A stretch of DNA of 64,000 bases from Macrostomum hystrix (Eukaryota > Animalia > Platyhelminthes): contig CATNEN010000010.1 of the NCBI GenBank assembly GCA_950097015.1, positions 2,046,001 through 2,110,000 on the forward strand. The letters run 5' to 3'. The first letter of the stretch is position 1. Every line of letters begins with the position of its first letter. Of this stretch, positions 22,440 through 36,400 are shown piece after piece. The position numbers were made by a program, and so were the translations under genes. Under the pieces are notes generated by a model that saw only the letters and a list, made by a program, of their open reading frames with translations, was not told where the DNA came from and ran no database searches.

Positions 22440-25400
22440 AGACACTGAGGGATCAGAGAAACTGGGGGATCAGAGACACTGAGGGATCAGAGGCACTGAG
22501 GAATCAGAGACACTGAGGGATCAGAGACACTGAGGGATCAGAGAAACTGAGAGATCAGAGACACTGAGGGATCAGAGACACTGAGGGATCAGAGACACTG
22601 AGGGATCAGAGACACTGAGGGATCAGAGAAACTGAGGGATCAGAGACACTGAGGGATCAGAGACACTGAGGGATCAGAGAAACTGAGGGATCAGAGACAC
22701 TGAGGGATCAGAGGCACTGAGGGATCAGAGAAACTGAGGGATCAGAGACACTGAGGGATCAGAGACACTGAGGGATCAGAGACACTGAGGGATCAGAGAC
22801 ACTGAGGGATCAGAGACACTGAGGGATCAGAGACACTGAGGGATCAGAGAAACTGAGGGATCAGAGGCACTGAGGGATCAGAGGCACTGAGGGATCAGAG
22901 AAACTGAGGGATCAGAGACACTGAGGGATCAGAGACACTGAGGGATCAGAGACACTGAGGGATCAGAGACACTGAGGGATCAGAGGCACTGAGGGATCAG
23001 AGAAACTGAGAGATCAGAGACACTGAGGGATCAGAGACACTGAGGGATCAGAGACACTGAGGGATCAGAGACACTGAGGGATCAGAGACACTGAGGGATC
23101 AGAGACACTGAGGGATCAGAGAAACTGAGGGATCAGAGACACTGAGGGATCAGAGGCACTGAGGGATCAGAGAAACTGAGGGATCAGAGACACTGAGGGA
23201 TCAGAGGCACTGAGGGATCAGAGAAACTGAGAGATCAGAGACACTGAGGGATCAGAGACACTGAGGGATCAGAGACACTGAGGGATCAGAGACAATGAGG
23301 GATCAGAGACACTGAGGGATCAGAGACACTGAGGGATCAGAGAAACTGAGGGATCAGAGACACTGAGGGATCAGAGGCACTGAGGGATCAGAGAAACTGA
23401 GAGATCAGAGACACTGAGGGATCAGAGACACTGAGAGATCAGAGGCACTGAGGGATCAGAGAAACTGAGGGATCAGACACAGGGATCAGAGACACTGAGG
23501 GATCAGAGACACTGAGTGATCAGACACAGGGATCAGAGACACTGAGAGATCAGAGACACTGAGGGATCAGAGACACTGAGAGATCAGAGGCACTGAGGGA
23601 TCAGAGACACTGAGGAATCAGAGACACTGAGAGATCAGAGGCACTGAGGGATCAGAGACACTGAGGAATCAGAGACACTGAGGGATCAGAGACACTGAGG
23701 GATCAGAGACACTGAGGGATCAGAGAAACTGAGAGATCAGAGACACTGAGGGATCAGAGACACTGAGAGATCAGAGACACTGAGGGATCAGAGACACTGA
23801 GAGATCAGAGACACTGAGGGATCAGAGGCACTGAGGGATCAGAGACACTGAGGAATCAGAGACACTGAGGGATCAGAGACACTGAGGGATCAGAGAAACT
23901 GAGAGATCAGAGACACTGAGGGATCAGAGACACTGAGAGATCAGAGGCACTGAGGGATCAGAGACACTGAGGAATCAGAGACACTGAGGGATCAGAGACA
24001 CTGAGAGATCAGAGGCACTGAGGGATCAGAGACACTGAGAGATCAGAGACACTGAGGGATCAGAGAAACTGAGAGATCAGAGACACTGAGGGATCAGAGG
24101 CACTGAGGGATCAGAGACACTGAGAGATCAGAGGCACTGAGGGATCAGAGACACTGAGAGATCAGAGACACTGAGGGATCAGAGAAACTGAGAGATCAGA
24201 GACACTGAGGGATCAGAGACACTGAGTGATCAGACACAGGGATCAGAGACACTGAGAGATCAGAGACACTGAGGGATCAGAGACACTGAGGGATCAGAGG
24301 CACTGAGGGATCAGAGACACTGAGAGATCAGAGACACTGAGGGATCAGAGACACTGAGAGATCAGAGGCACTGAGGGATCAGAGACACTGAGAGATCAGA
24401 GACACTGAGGGATCAGAGGCACTGAGGGATCAGAGAAACTGAGAGATCAGAGACACTGAGGGATCAGAGACACTGAGAGATCAGAGGCACTGAGGGATCA
24501 GAGACACTGAGAGATCAGAGACACTGAGGGATCAGAGAAACTGAGAGATCAGAGACACTGAGGGATCAGAGGCACTGAGGGATCAGAGACACTGAGAGAT
24601 CAGAGGCACTGAGGGATCAGAGACACTGAGAGATCAGAGACACTGAGGGATCAGAGAAACTGAGAGATCAGAGACACTGAGGGATCAGAGACACTGAGTG
24701 ATCAGACACAGGGATCAGAGACACTGAGAGATCAGAGACACTGAGGGATCAGAGACACTGAGGGATCAGAGGCACTGAGGGATCAGAGACACTGAGGGAT
24801 CAGACACAGGGATCAGAGACACTGAGGGATCAGAGACACTGAGGGATCAGAGGCACTGAGGGATCAGAGACACTGAGGGATCAGAGACACTGAGGGATCA
24901 GAGGCACTGAGGGATCAGAGAAACTGAGAAATCAGAGACACTGAGGGATCAGAGAAACTGAGGGATCAGAGGCACTGAGGGATCAGACACAGGGATCAGA
25001 GACACTGAGAGATCAGAGACACTGAGGGATCAGAGACACTGAGGGATCAGAGACACTGAGGGATCAGACACAGGGATCAGAGACACTGAGAGATCAGAGA
25101 CACTGAGGGATCAGAGACACTGAGGGATCAGAGGCACTGAGGGATCAGAGACACTGAGGGATCAGACACAGGGATCAGAGACACTGAAGGATCAGAGACA
25201 CTGAGGGATCAGAGACACTAAGGGATCAGAGACACTGAGGGATCAGAGACTGAGGGATCAGAGACACTGAGGGATCAGAGGCACTGAGGGATCAGAGACA
25301 CTGAGGGATCAGAGGCACTGAGGGATCAGAGACACTGAGGGATCAGAGGCACTGAGGGATCAGAGACACTGAGAGATCAGAGACACTGAGGGATCAGAGA

Positions 25401-26927
25401 CACTGAGGGATCAGAGGCACTGAGGGATCAGAGACACTGAGGGATCAGACACAGGGATCAGAGACACTGAAGGATCAGAGACACTGAGGGATCAGACACA
25501 GGGATCAGAGACACTGAGGGATCAGAGACACTGAGGGATCAGAGACACTGAGGGATCAGAGGCACTGAGGGATCAGAGACACTGAGGGATCAGAGACACT
25601 GAGGGATCAGAGACACTGAGGGATCAGAGAAACTGAGAGATCAGAGACACTGAGGGATCAGAGGCACTGAGGGATCAGAGACACTGAGGGATCAGAGGCA
25701 CTGAGGGATCAGAGACACTGAGAGATCAGAGACACTGAGGGATCAGAGACACTGAGGGATCAGAGGCACTGAGGGATCAGAGACACTGAGGGATCAGACA
25801 CAGGGATCAGAGACACTGAAGGATCAGAGACACTGAGGGATCAGAGACACTAAGGGATCAGACACAGGGATCAGAGACACTGAGGGATCAGAGACACTGA
25901 GGGATCAGAGACACTGAAGGATCAGAGACACTGAGGGATCAGAGACACTAAGGGATCAGACACAGGGATCAGAGACACTGAGGGATCAGAGACACTGAGG
26001 GATCAGAGACACTGAGGGATCAGAGGCACTGAGGGATCAGAGACACTGAGGGATCAGAGACACTGAGGGATCAGAGACACTGAGGGATCAGAGGCACTGA
26101 GGGATCAGAGAAACTGAGAGATCAGAGACACTGAGGGATCAGAGAAACTGAGGGATCAGAGGCACTGAGGGATCAGAGACACTGAGGGATCAGACACAGG
26201 GATCAGAGACACTGAGAGATCAGAGACACTGAGGGATCAGAGACACTGAGGGATCAGAGGCACTGAGGGATCAGAGACACTGAGGGATCAGACACAGGGA
26301 TCAGAGACACTGAAGGATCAGAGACACTGAGGGATCAGAGACACTGAGGGATCAGAGACACTGAGGGATCAGAGACACTGAGGGATCAGAGGCACTGAGG
26401 GATCAGAGACACTGAGGGATCAGAGGCACTGAGGGATCAGAGACACTGAGGGATCAGAGGCACTGAGGGATCAGAGACACTGAGGGATCAGAGGCACTGA
26501 GAGATCAGAGACACTGAGGGATCAGAGGCACTGAGGGATCAGAGACACTGAGGGATCAGAGGCACTGAGGGATCAGAGACACTGAGGGATCAGAGGCACT
26601 GAGGGATCAGAGACACTGAGGGATCAGAGACACTGAGGGATCAGAGGCACTGAGGGATCAGAGGCACTGAGGGATCAGAGGCACTGAGGGATCAGAGGCA
26701 CTGAGGGATCAGAGGCACTGAGGGATCAGAGGCACTGAGGGATCAGAGACACTGAGGGATCAGAGGCACTGAGGGATCAGAGGCACTGAGGGATCAGAGG
26801 CACTGAGGGATCAGAGGCACTGAGGGATCAGAGGCACTGAGGGATCAGAGGCACTGAGGGATCAGAGGCACTGAGGGATCAGAGGCACTGAGGGATCAGA
26901 GGCACTGAGGGATCAGACACAGGGATC
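22440..26927 (-). repeat. 4.5-kb 17-bp satellite (ACACTGAGGGATCAGAG) with 13-bp variants
   Basis: About 260 units, between the 3' ends of two convergent genes. Confidence 0.97.
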
Positions 26928-27411
26928 TGTAGGCCCAGGAGTTTTCGAAGTTCTGAATAGGCACAAAAAATGTGCAAAAACGCTTGCAAAAGGGAAAAAT
27001 CACAAAAAGCTAGCATTGCGAGAGAAAAAATACTAGCGGCTGGAACTAATAGGACAGCGCGCAGGAAGCACATGCAGCAGCTGGTAGAATCAAGATAAAA
27101 TGTGGCTGACTAAATATTTATTGCAACAAAAATTTGTAAAGAGCATAGCGCATTAGAAGCTGTTTGCTAACTAGAATAAAATGAGACGCAAGTGAGATCG
27201 ATGTAGCTGTACCGATTGGGGTGAGAGGTAGAGCAAGCTAGATACACACGGATGATGAAGTGGGAATTGGCATTAAGTCGCACACAGTCCAGCAGATACT
27301 ACTCATAGTAGATACTGCTCAAAACAATATCAGAATTGAATCCTAGAATAGAAGTGCAAAACACCAAAGCAAATAGGCAATGGAATCTGCCAGTGCCGGG
27401 CAATGAGTAGC

Positions 27412-30400
27412 TCAGGCCAGACTGTACTCAAGCAGTGAGCTGAAGCTGGCGGTACTGGGGCCATAGTTGGCGCACAGCACCACCGGGCAGCCGGCTGGGT
27501 AGCCCGTCAGCCGCACCCGGCCGCGCCAGTCGTCGTTGCCGACGGCGCTCAGCTGGGTCCAGTCGCTGTCACAGACGACGGCGACGGCGGTGGCGCCGGG
27601 CAAGCGGTAGTCGAAGGCCAAACAGCCGTCCTTGAGTTGAGAGCAAACAGACGGGCGGTCGATTTCGCTTTTCTGTTTAAAATTCATTGGATCCCATACT
27701 TTCTGATCCAGAAGAGCTTATCGGCTTACTTGATAAACTTTCCAAATTCCCAAATTTACTGATCCTAAAGCGCCTTGTCCTTTTACCTTTCCGATAATAA
27801 TAATATTCGTATCAATATGGGCCGAAGTACGGGCTAAAGTAGGGGGCGCTTGGCAGAGCGGTTAAGTCGGTCCCTGAGCTCGATTTAGCCACATTCATTT
27901 GGGGCGCAGCCGCGGAGAGAAGGCTTGGGGGCATGTCGTGCAATTTACGCCCTTGAGGGCCAACCTCCAAGGCACAGTGAAGTGTACACTGCCTGACGAT
28001 GAGAAAGTCAGGGCAGATGTACACACCTGTGTGAGCGTGCGCCTGCGTACAGTATCTGTGTGTGTGTGCTCAGGAGTCAGCGAAATAGGCAGAATTGCCT
28101 GCTTGCTGGCTGCGGGTCTAGTGTCACCAAATGATGTGCCATGGGCTCAGTCAATGGGCCATCAAGTAGGGCAGGGATTACACAGGCCGAATCGCTTGGC
28201 CCACAGCGGGTTTCAACCGGGTAAACGTCCTCAATCCTCAAACCTCGTTCAGCTGATGGCTTCAGCTCCCATAAAGTGTGAATTTCGGAATCCCTAGGAC
28301 TCACCGCCTCGGGTTTCAGCACGGCCCGCACCGGCCACCTGACGGAGCAGCCGTCCTTCCACTGGGCGAACTGCTGCGGGAAGGCGGCGAGGCTGTCGAG
28401 GCCACCGACATTGCGCCAGGCGGGCGAATCCGGCACGCACAGCAGCAGGGAGTGCAGACTGGGAAAATTTTCCCCAGGCGCGGAGGTTGGCAGGCCGAAC
28501 ACAATGAGGCCATAATAGCCCGGGCCAGGCGGACTGACGGTGAAGCAGACTCGGCCGGGCGGACCCTCGGTCAGCGACGCCTGCTGCAGGACCCGTTCGC
28601 CAATCAGGGGCGGCCCGCCGTCCAGCCGCAGCAGCTGGGAGGTGAGCCGCAGCGGCGGGCCGGTTGCCCGAAACTCGGCCACGGGCTGGTCGCAGCAGCG
28701 GGCGGGGTCCAGGAGGGTCACCAGCGGGTCGGCCGGGCTCAGGCAGGCCAGGCCGAAGCCGGCGGCGCGGGGCGAAGCGCCGAGAAGGCCAGGCGGCTTG
28801 CGCAGCGACATGGCCGAATGCGGCGGCCGATACAGCAGCAGCAGCTGGTAGGCCAGGTGCAGCTCGTTTCCGTCAGTCGACGGCCGATTGGCGAACACCT
28901 CGACGCCCAGAATGCAGCCGGAAGGCGAGGAGGAGCCGGGCAGCAGCGGTCGGATCAGCAGCTGTGGCGAGTTCGGCGAGGACCTTCGCGAACTGCCGGC
29001 CGCTGAAGGGGTGACAACGCGCCATACACAGGAGGACTCGGTGGCGTCGGCCTGCTGCTGCTGCTGCTGCTGCTGCTGACGAGAGACACTCACCAGCTTT
29101 ACAAGGAAGCGAAGCTGGTCGGGCTCGGAACCTGAGATCTGAAGGTTGATGCGGAAGCCAGTTTTGCTGCTAGTCATACTTTTCTCACTTCTCATCGTCT
29201 CCACTCAGTTCTCTCTCATCTCTTACCGCTTAATCTCATCACCTCGCATTTCTCCAAATCTTGTTACAGTTCTCACCCGTCTTGTCCCATTTCTCTATTC
29301 CCATGTCTTCATTAATATCTGCCCCATCCCATACTTGATTAAAGAGCGAAAGACATGCCCACCAAATTCGAAGGCAGTCACCTGCAGCCTGATGTCGTCT
29401 CCCTGATCAGGCAGAGAGCAGATTGGCACAGCTCCGAATCCGTCCGCAGACGCAGCAAAGCCGGGGGGTTCCAGCAGGCTCAGGCAGTACATGCCCTGGC
29501 CGCGCAGGTTGGCATCGGTGGGCCCGTAGCAGGTGCTCTGGCAGGCGGGGAACGGCTCCGGCTGACTGCGGATGGCCGCCTCCAGGCGGTACTCACAGAT
29601 GGCGCTGAACACCTGCGGGCATTAATAGATAGTGAACCTTTGATAGCCAGATCGTAGACTATCTGCAACAGATAGTCTACTCTAAACCAGAGCCAGTCTA
29701 TTCTAAACCAGAGCCAGTCTACTCTAAAGCAGAGCCAGTCTACTCTAAACCAGGGCCAGTCTACTCTAAACCAGAGCCAGTCTACTCTAAACCAGAGCCA
29801 GTCTACTCTAAACCAGGGCCAGTCTACTCTAAACCAGAGCCAGTCTACTCTAAACCAGAGCCAGTCTACTCTAAAATAAAGATAGCCCAACCTAAACCAC
29901 AGTTAGTCCAACCTAAACTAGAGACAGTCCAACCGAAACCAGAGCCAGTCCAACCTAAACCAGAACCAGTCCAACCTAAACCAGAGCCAGTCCACCTAAA
30001 CCAGAACCAGTCCAACCTAAACCAGAGCCAGTCCAACCTAAACCAGAGCCAGTCCAACCTAAACCAGAACCAGTCCAACCTAAACCAGAGCCAGTCCAAC
30101 CTAAACCAGAGCCAGTCCAACCTAAACCAGAACCAGTCCAACCTAAACCAGAGCCAGTCCAACCTAAACCAGAACCAGTCCAACCTAAACCAGAGCCAGT
30201 CCAACCTAAACCAGAACCAGTCCAACCTAAACCAGAGCCAGTCCACCTAAACCAGAACCAGTCCAACCTAAACCAGAGCCAGTCCAACCTAAACCAGAGC
30301 CAGTCCAACCTAAACCAGAACCAGTCCAACCTAAACCAGAGCCAGTCCAACCTAAACCAGAGCCAGTCCAACCTAAACCAGAACCAGTCCAACCTAAACC

Positions 30401-33400
30401 AGAGCCAGTCCAACCTAAACCAGAACCAGTCCAACCTAAACCAGAGCCAGTCCAACCTAAACCAGAACCAGTCCAATCTAAACCAGAGCCAGTCCAACCT
30501 AAACCAGAGCCAGTCCAACCTAAACCAGAGCCAGTCCAACCTAAACCAGAGCCAGTCCAACCTAAACCAGAGCCAGTCCAACCTAAACCAGAGCCAGTCC
30601 AACCTAAACCAGAGCCAGTCCAACCTAAACCAGAGCCAGTCCATCCTAAACCAGAGCCAGTCCAACCTAAACCAGAACCAGTCCAACCTAAAACAGAGCC
30701 AGTCCAACCTAAACTAGAGCCAGTCCAACCTAAACCAGAGCCAGTCCAACCTAAACCAGAACCAGTCCAACCTAAACCAGAGCCAGTCCAACCTAAACCA
30801 GAGCCAGTCCAACCTAAACCAGAACCAGTCCAACCTAAACCAGAACCAGTCCAACCTAAATCAGAGCCAGTCCAACCTAAACCAGAGCCAGTCCAACCTA
30901 AACCAGAGCCAGTCCAACCTAAACCAGAACCAGTCCAACCTAAACCAGAGCCAGTCCAACCTAAACCAGAGCCAGTCCAACCTAAACCAGAGCCAGTCCA
31001 ACCTAAACCAGAACCAGTCCAACCTAAACCAGAACCAGTCCAACCTAAATCAGAGCCAGTCCAACCTAAACCAGAGCCAGTCCAACCTAAACCAGAGCCA
31101 GTCCAACCTAAACCAGAACCAGTCCAACCTAAACCAGAGCCAGTCCAACCTAAACCAGAGCCAGTCCAACCTAAACCAGAGCCAGTCCAACCTAAACCGT
31201 AGACTCACAGACTGTCGGTCCCCACGCTGCTCGGCCTCCCGCAAGAAAAGGATAAGTCTGTAGTGCCCGCTGGCGGGTGGCTTCAGAACGAAGGCGACGC
31301 AGGAGTCGCGCGGGTCGTAGAAGCTGACGCCGTAGCGGGCTAAACGGCGGGCTGACTCGTCCTCCGGGGCGGACCCGGCGGCGGCGGCCGCTGCGGCGGA
31401 CACAGCGCTCAGGGTGAAGGTGAAGGCCAGATTGGGCACCAAATCCCTGGATTAATTGCGGAAGGGATTTAAGTAGAATAGTTTCCATAGATAGCTTGGG
31501 TTACAGAGGCTTATACAAATCCCAATCAGGTCCTATCCCTTCCCCCAATGGTCCCATATTTTCCTCTAGTCTTGATCTGACCCGTTTTCTAGCATCTCAT
31601 CCTATCCTTCATTCAATCCCCATTCTTCACTCTGATCCCACAATTTACTGAAATCTCACTCAAATTTTATTCTTTTTTTTTCAAATCCCAACTGACTAAT
31701 ACGAGCCCGTACTTCCGATCCAATGAATCATTCCAATGCATGCACTCTGATCCCATCCTTCACTCAGATCTCATCCTTCAGTCTGATCCCATTCTTTACT
31801 CTGATCCCATTCTTTTCTCTGATCATATTCTGAAATTCTGAAATCCAAAATGACATTAAAATTTTCCTTCACTTAAATTCCAACATAAGCTCCAATGCAA
31901 TCCTTTACTCTAATCCCATCTTTAACTCAGATCCCATCTTTAACTCAGATCCCATCTTTAACTCAGATCCCATCTTTAACTCAGATCCCATCTTTAACTC
32001 AGATCCCATCTTTAACTCAGATCCCATCTTTAACTCAGATCCCATCTTTAACTCAGATCCCATCTTTAACTCAGATCCCATCTTTAACTCAGATCCCATC
32101 TTTAACTCAGATCCCATCTTTAACTCAGATCCCATCTTTAACTCAGATCCCATCTTTAACTCAGATCCCATCTTTAACTCAGATCCCATCTTTAACTCAG
32201 ATCCCATCTTTAACTCAGATCCCATCTTTAACTCAGATCCCATCTTTAACTCAGATCCCATCGCTCCTTTTGATCCTAGCAACCGCATCTTTCATACCGC
32301 AACGGCAAGCCAAACCACATCAAACCACATCCCAATGGCCAGCTCAAAAGCGGCAGCTCACCTGGGCACAGCCAGCTTGACCAGCAGTGCCGGCCGGAGA
32401 AACCTCAGCGCCGGATCGTCGGCAACGTCGGGCGCATCAATGGCGTCATCGTAGCGAATCCTGGCTAGCAGGTGCGTCCTAAGTTCGAGTCCGTGCTTGA
32501 AGAAGGCGCTCTTCACCGGAGCCAGAGCCTCGAACTGGGCCTTGCTGATTGGCTGGGCCAGCAGCTGCCACTCGGGCCGGTCGGGCAGGTGAGTGTACAC
32601 CAGCTTGGCCGGGCTGGGCAGGAAGTAGAACTCGTCCAGCTCGTAGCGGACATTCTCCAGGGTGCTCTGCCGGCCGCCGACAAGCCGCCTGGCTGCCCAG
32701 TGACAATCCACCAGCTGCCATTGGCCCCGCACCAGCACCGCGTTCCAGCTGTGCCGGCCACGGCTCTCCGAGTTGAAAACCATGCCAGGGTGGTACTCAG
32801 CACCTGCGGGTGGGTGAGCGCTGTGATTTAGGAGGGTGTGAATAGCAGGGTATTGGGTGTAAATAGCAGGGTATTGGGTGTGAATAGCAGGGTATTGGGT
32901 GTGAATAGCATGGTATTAGGTTGAATAGCAGGGTATTGGGTGTGAATAGCAGGGTATTGGGTGTGAATAGCAGGGTATTGGGTGTGAATAGCATGGTATT
33001 TGGTGTGAATAGCAGGGTGTATTGGGTGTTAATAGCATGGTATTGGGTGTGAATAGCAGGGTATTGGGTGTGAATAGCAGGGTATTGGGTGTGAATAGCA
33101 GGGTATTGGGTGTGAATAGCAGGGTATTGGGTGTGAATAGCATGGTATTTGGTGTGAATAGCATGGTATTGGGTGTGAATAGCATGGTATTTGGTGTGAA
33201 TAGCAGGGTATTGGGTGTGAATAGCAGGGTATTTGGTGTTAATAGCATGGTATTGGGTGTGAATAGCAGGGTATTGGGTGTGAATAGCAGGGTATTGGGT
33301 GTGAATAGCAGGGTATTGGGTGTGAATAGCATGGTATTTGGTGTGAATAGCATGGTATTGGGTGTGAATAGCAGGGTGTATTGGATTTTGCATATCGCAG

Positions 33401-36400
33401 TGGTGGTGACTAGACAAGAGTAGACAAGGGATGTTACACAATGAGATGAATATCGGGTGGCGTGAATGTCATGGATGGAGTTTATCAGAGCAGAGATACT
33501 GTACAAGCGCACCCTTGGCGAAGCCGGACACGATCTGGCAGGGAATGTCGCAGGCGGCACACAGGGTGTAGAAGGCCTGCGCGTAGGTGCTGGTGCCAGC
33601 CTTGATGCCCATCAGAATGGCTTCGGGCGAGTCGGCGCGGCAGGCCTGGAAGCGCAGTCGGCCCAGGTCCTTGGAGCAGAGCCAGAAGAACAGCAGGCGC
33701 AGCTTCTCGAGGTCGTCGCTGACGCGGGGCCCGTAGACCAGGCGCCAGACCAACTCCTTGAAGCTGGCGGGCTCCGGCTGCAGCGCGGTGCGCAGGGCGT
33801 GGCTGTCCGCCCGCTGGAACCGCTCCGGCGGCGGCTTCTGGTAGGCGGTGGCGCCGGAGCTCGCGAAGGCATTCGGCGGCGGCGAGTTGGCCGGAGCAGT
33901 CAGCGACTTGCCGATGGCATCCATTTGGGGCGGCAGCGAGAAGTCAGACGGCGGCGGCTCGGACAAGACTGTGGATCATTGAGAAGGGACAGCGGGATTC
34001 AGGGACCATTTGCGGGGTGCGATATGACAAGAGAATGTGGGTTGGGATTCGGAGATAAAGAATCAGAGGATATGGGATCAGAGGATATGGGATCAGAGGA
34101 TATGGGATCAGAGGATATGGGATCAGAGGATATGGGATCAGAGGATATGGGATCAGAGGATATGGGATCAGAGGATATGGGATCAGAGGATATGGGATCA
34201 GGGGGTTATGGGATCAGAGGATATGGGATCAGCAGATATGGGATCAGAGGACATGGTGTCAGATTTGGGCCAAATATCTGCTATGAGTTCATATAAATTT
34301 CGAATGGGATTTTTTGAGAATGGGATTATTAAATAGGGATATTTCTTACACGTCTGATCGTACTGGCCCATCGGCTCCCAGGACTTCGAATCTGTGAAAT
34401 GAAGAAATAAAAAGGCGAGTCACTAGACGAAAATGGTAACAAACGAATGTCGGTTATAAGCCTGGATAAGTTTGGCAACAATGAGACAGCAGGGTTAGGT
34501 GAGGCTATATGAAAGCAACCTCGCTGCAATCAGATGCGTGCCATCCGGCTATTGAACAATCGATACTATGAACAAGGGGATAAAAAAGTGGCGCAGAAGG
34601 TGGGTGGAGTGAGTACGGGAGGACGCACAGCCAGGCCCAGAGGCCGGCCGCACCCTGAGCTGCTCAGCCCTGGTGGGTAGCTGGAACAGCTTCGTCTGCG
34701 GAGAGCGCCGACTGCGGCTGGCTGCTGGAGCAGGCGGGATTTGGTGTTTGCGAATGAGAATTTGACGCCGATTCCTGCTGCTGGCAAAGCATAGGGCTCT
34801 GACATTCACTGCTGAAACATCATTTCAGGCCACTATGAACATTTCTTTTTAGCCAATAAGTTATTTTGCACCCTCCACTTTGTGTCCCGCATTCACTACT
34901 ATGGGATCAACAATCCTTTTCAGCCATTCTCAATCCTCTCTAGTGATCCCTAATCATCTCCTGCAGTCCCTAATCCTGTCCTGTAGTCCCTAGTCCTATT
35001 CTGTAGTCCATAATCCTCTCCTGTAGTCCCTAGTCCTATTCTGTAGTCCATAATCCTCTCCTGTAGTCCCTAGTCCTATTCTGTAGTCCCTAGTCCTATT
35101 CTGTAGTCCTTAGTCCTATTCTGTAGTCCATAATCCTCCCCTGTAGTCCCTAGTCCTATTCTGTAGTCCTTAGTCCTATTCTGTAGTCCATAATCCTCCC
35201 CTGTAGTCCCTAGTCCTATTCTGTAGTCCCTAGTCCTATTCTGTAGTCCCTAGTCCTATTCTGTAGTCCATAATCCTCCCCTGTAGTCCCTAGTCCTATT
35301 CTGTAGTCCCTAGTCCTATTCTGTAGTCCATAATCCTCCCCTGTAGTCCCTAGTCCTATTCTGTAGTCCCTAGTCCTATTCTGTAGTCCATAATCCTCCC
35401 CTGTAGTCCCTAGTCCTATCCTGTAGTCCCTAATCCTGTCCTGTAGTCCCTAATCCTTTCCTGTAGTCCCTAATCCTCTCCTGTAGTCCCTAGTCCTCTC
35501 CTGTAGTCCCTAGTCCTCTCCTGTAGTCCCTAGTCCTCTCCTGTAGTCCCTAATCCTGTCCTGTAGTCCTCTACTGTAGTCCCTTATCCTTTCCTGTAGT
35601 CCATAATCCTGTCCTGTAGTCCTCTACTGTAGTCCCTAATTCTGTCCTGTAGTCCTCTACTGTAGTCCCTAGTCCTCTCCTGTAGTCCCTAGTCCTCTCC
35701 TGTAGTCCCTAATCCTGTCCTGTAGTCCCAAGTCCTCTCCTGTAGTCCCTTATCCTGTCCTGTAGTCCCTAATCCTGTCCTGTAGTCCCTAATCCTTTAA
35801 TGTAGTCCCTAATCATCTCCTGTAGTCCCTAATCATCTCCTGTAGTCCCTAGTCCTGTCCTGTAGTCCCTAATCCTGTCCTGTAGTCCCTAGTCCTGTCC
35901 TGTAGTCCCTAATCCTGTCCTGTAGTCCCTAATCCTGTCCTGTAGTCCCTAATCATCTCCTGTAGTCCCTTATCATATCCTGTAGTCCCTAGTCCTCTCC
36001 TGTAGTCCTGTCCTGTAGTCCCTAGTCCTCTCCTGTAGTCCCTAGTCCTATTCTGTAGTCCCTAATCCTCTCCTGTAGTCCCTAGTCCTCTCCTGTAGTC
36101 AATTCTGCATGCTACCCTATCACTCCCACCACTGCAATCCCCGATCCCCCATCGCCGACATCACTCTAATCCAGGTGATCTCACTGTTATCTCAAAGTAT
36201 TCTGCAATCAGCCGTTTCCACTGAATCATTTCGCAGCGGGATCCAAATCAAGACGCCAATGCAATAACAAACCCAAGCAATAACAATGGATCTCACATGA
36301 GTCCTGGTAAGGGGCACCTGTAGTGGCAGGTCCCGGCCTCTGTTGCGGCTGCCCCCGCTGCTGCTGCTGTTGCCAAGGCCGCTCGTAGCCTGGCAACGCA

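Noticed and set aside
22440-26927. CRISPR-like appearance of the regular repeats
   Set aside because: Head-to-tail units with no unique spacers, no cas genes, and a eukaryotic context
34549-34809. GC-rich patch as an extra hillarin-like exon
   Set aside because: No acceptor/donor pair I could find preserves the phase; exons 36318 and 33968 already join in phase. It could be an alternative exon but is unsupported.
34965-36100. Telomere-like CCCTAA within the 20-bp array
   Set aside because: One hexamer per unit, often CCCTAG, and never tandem TTAGGG
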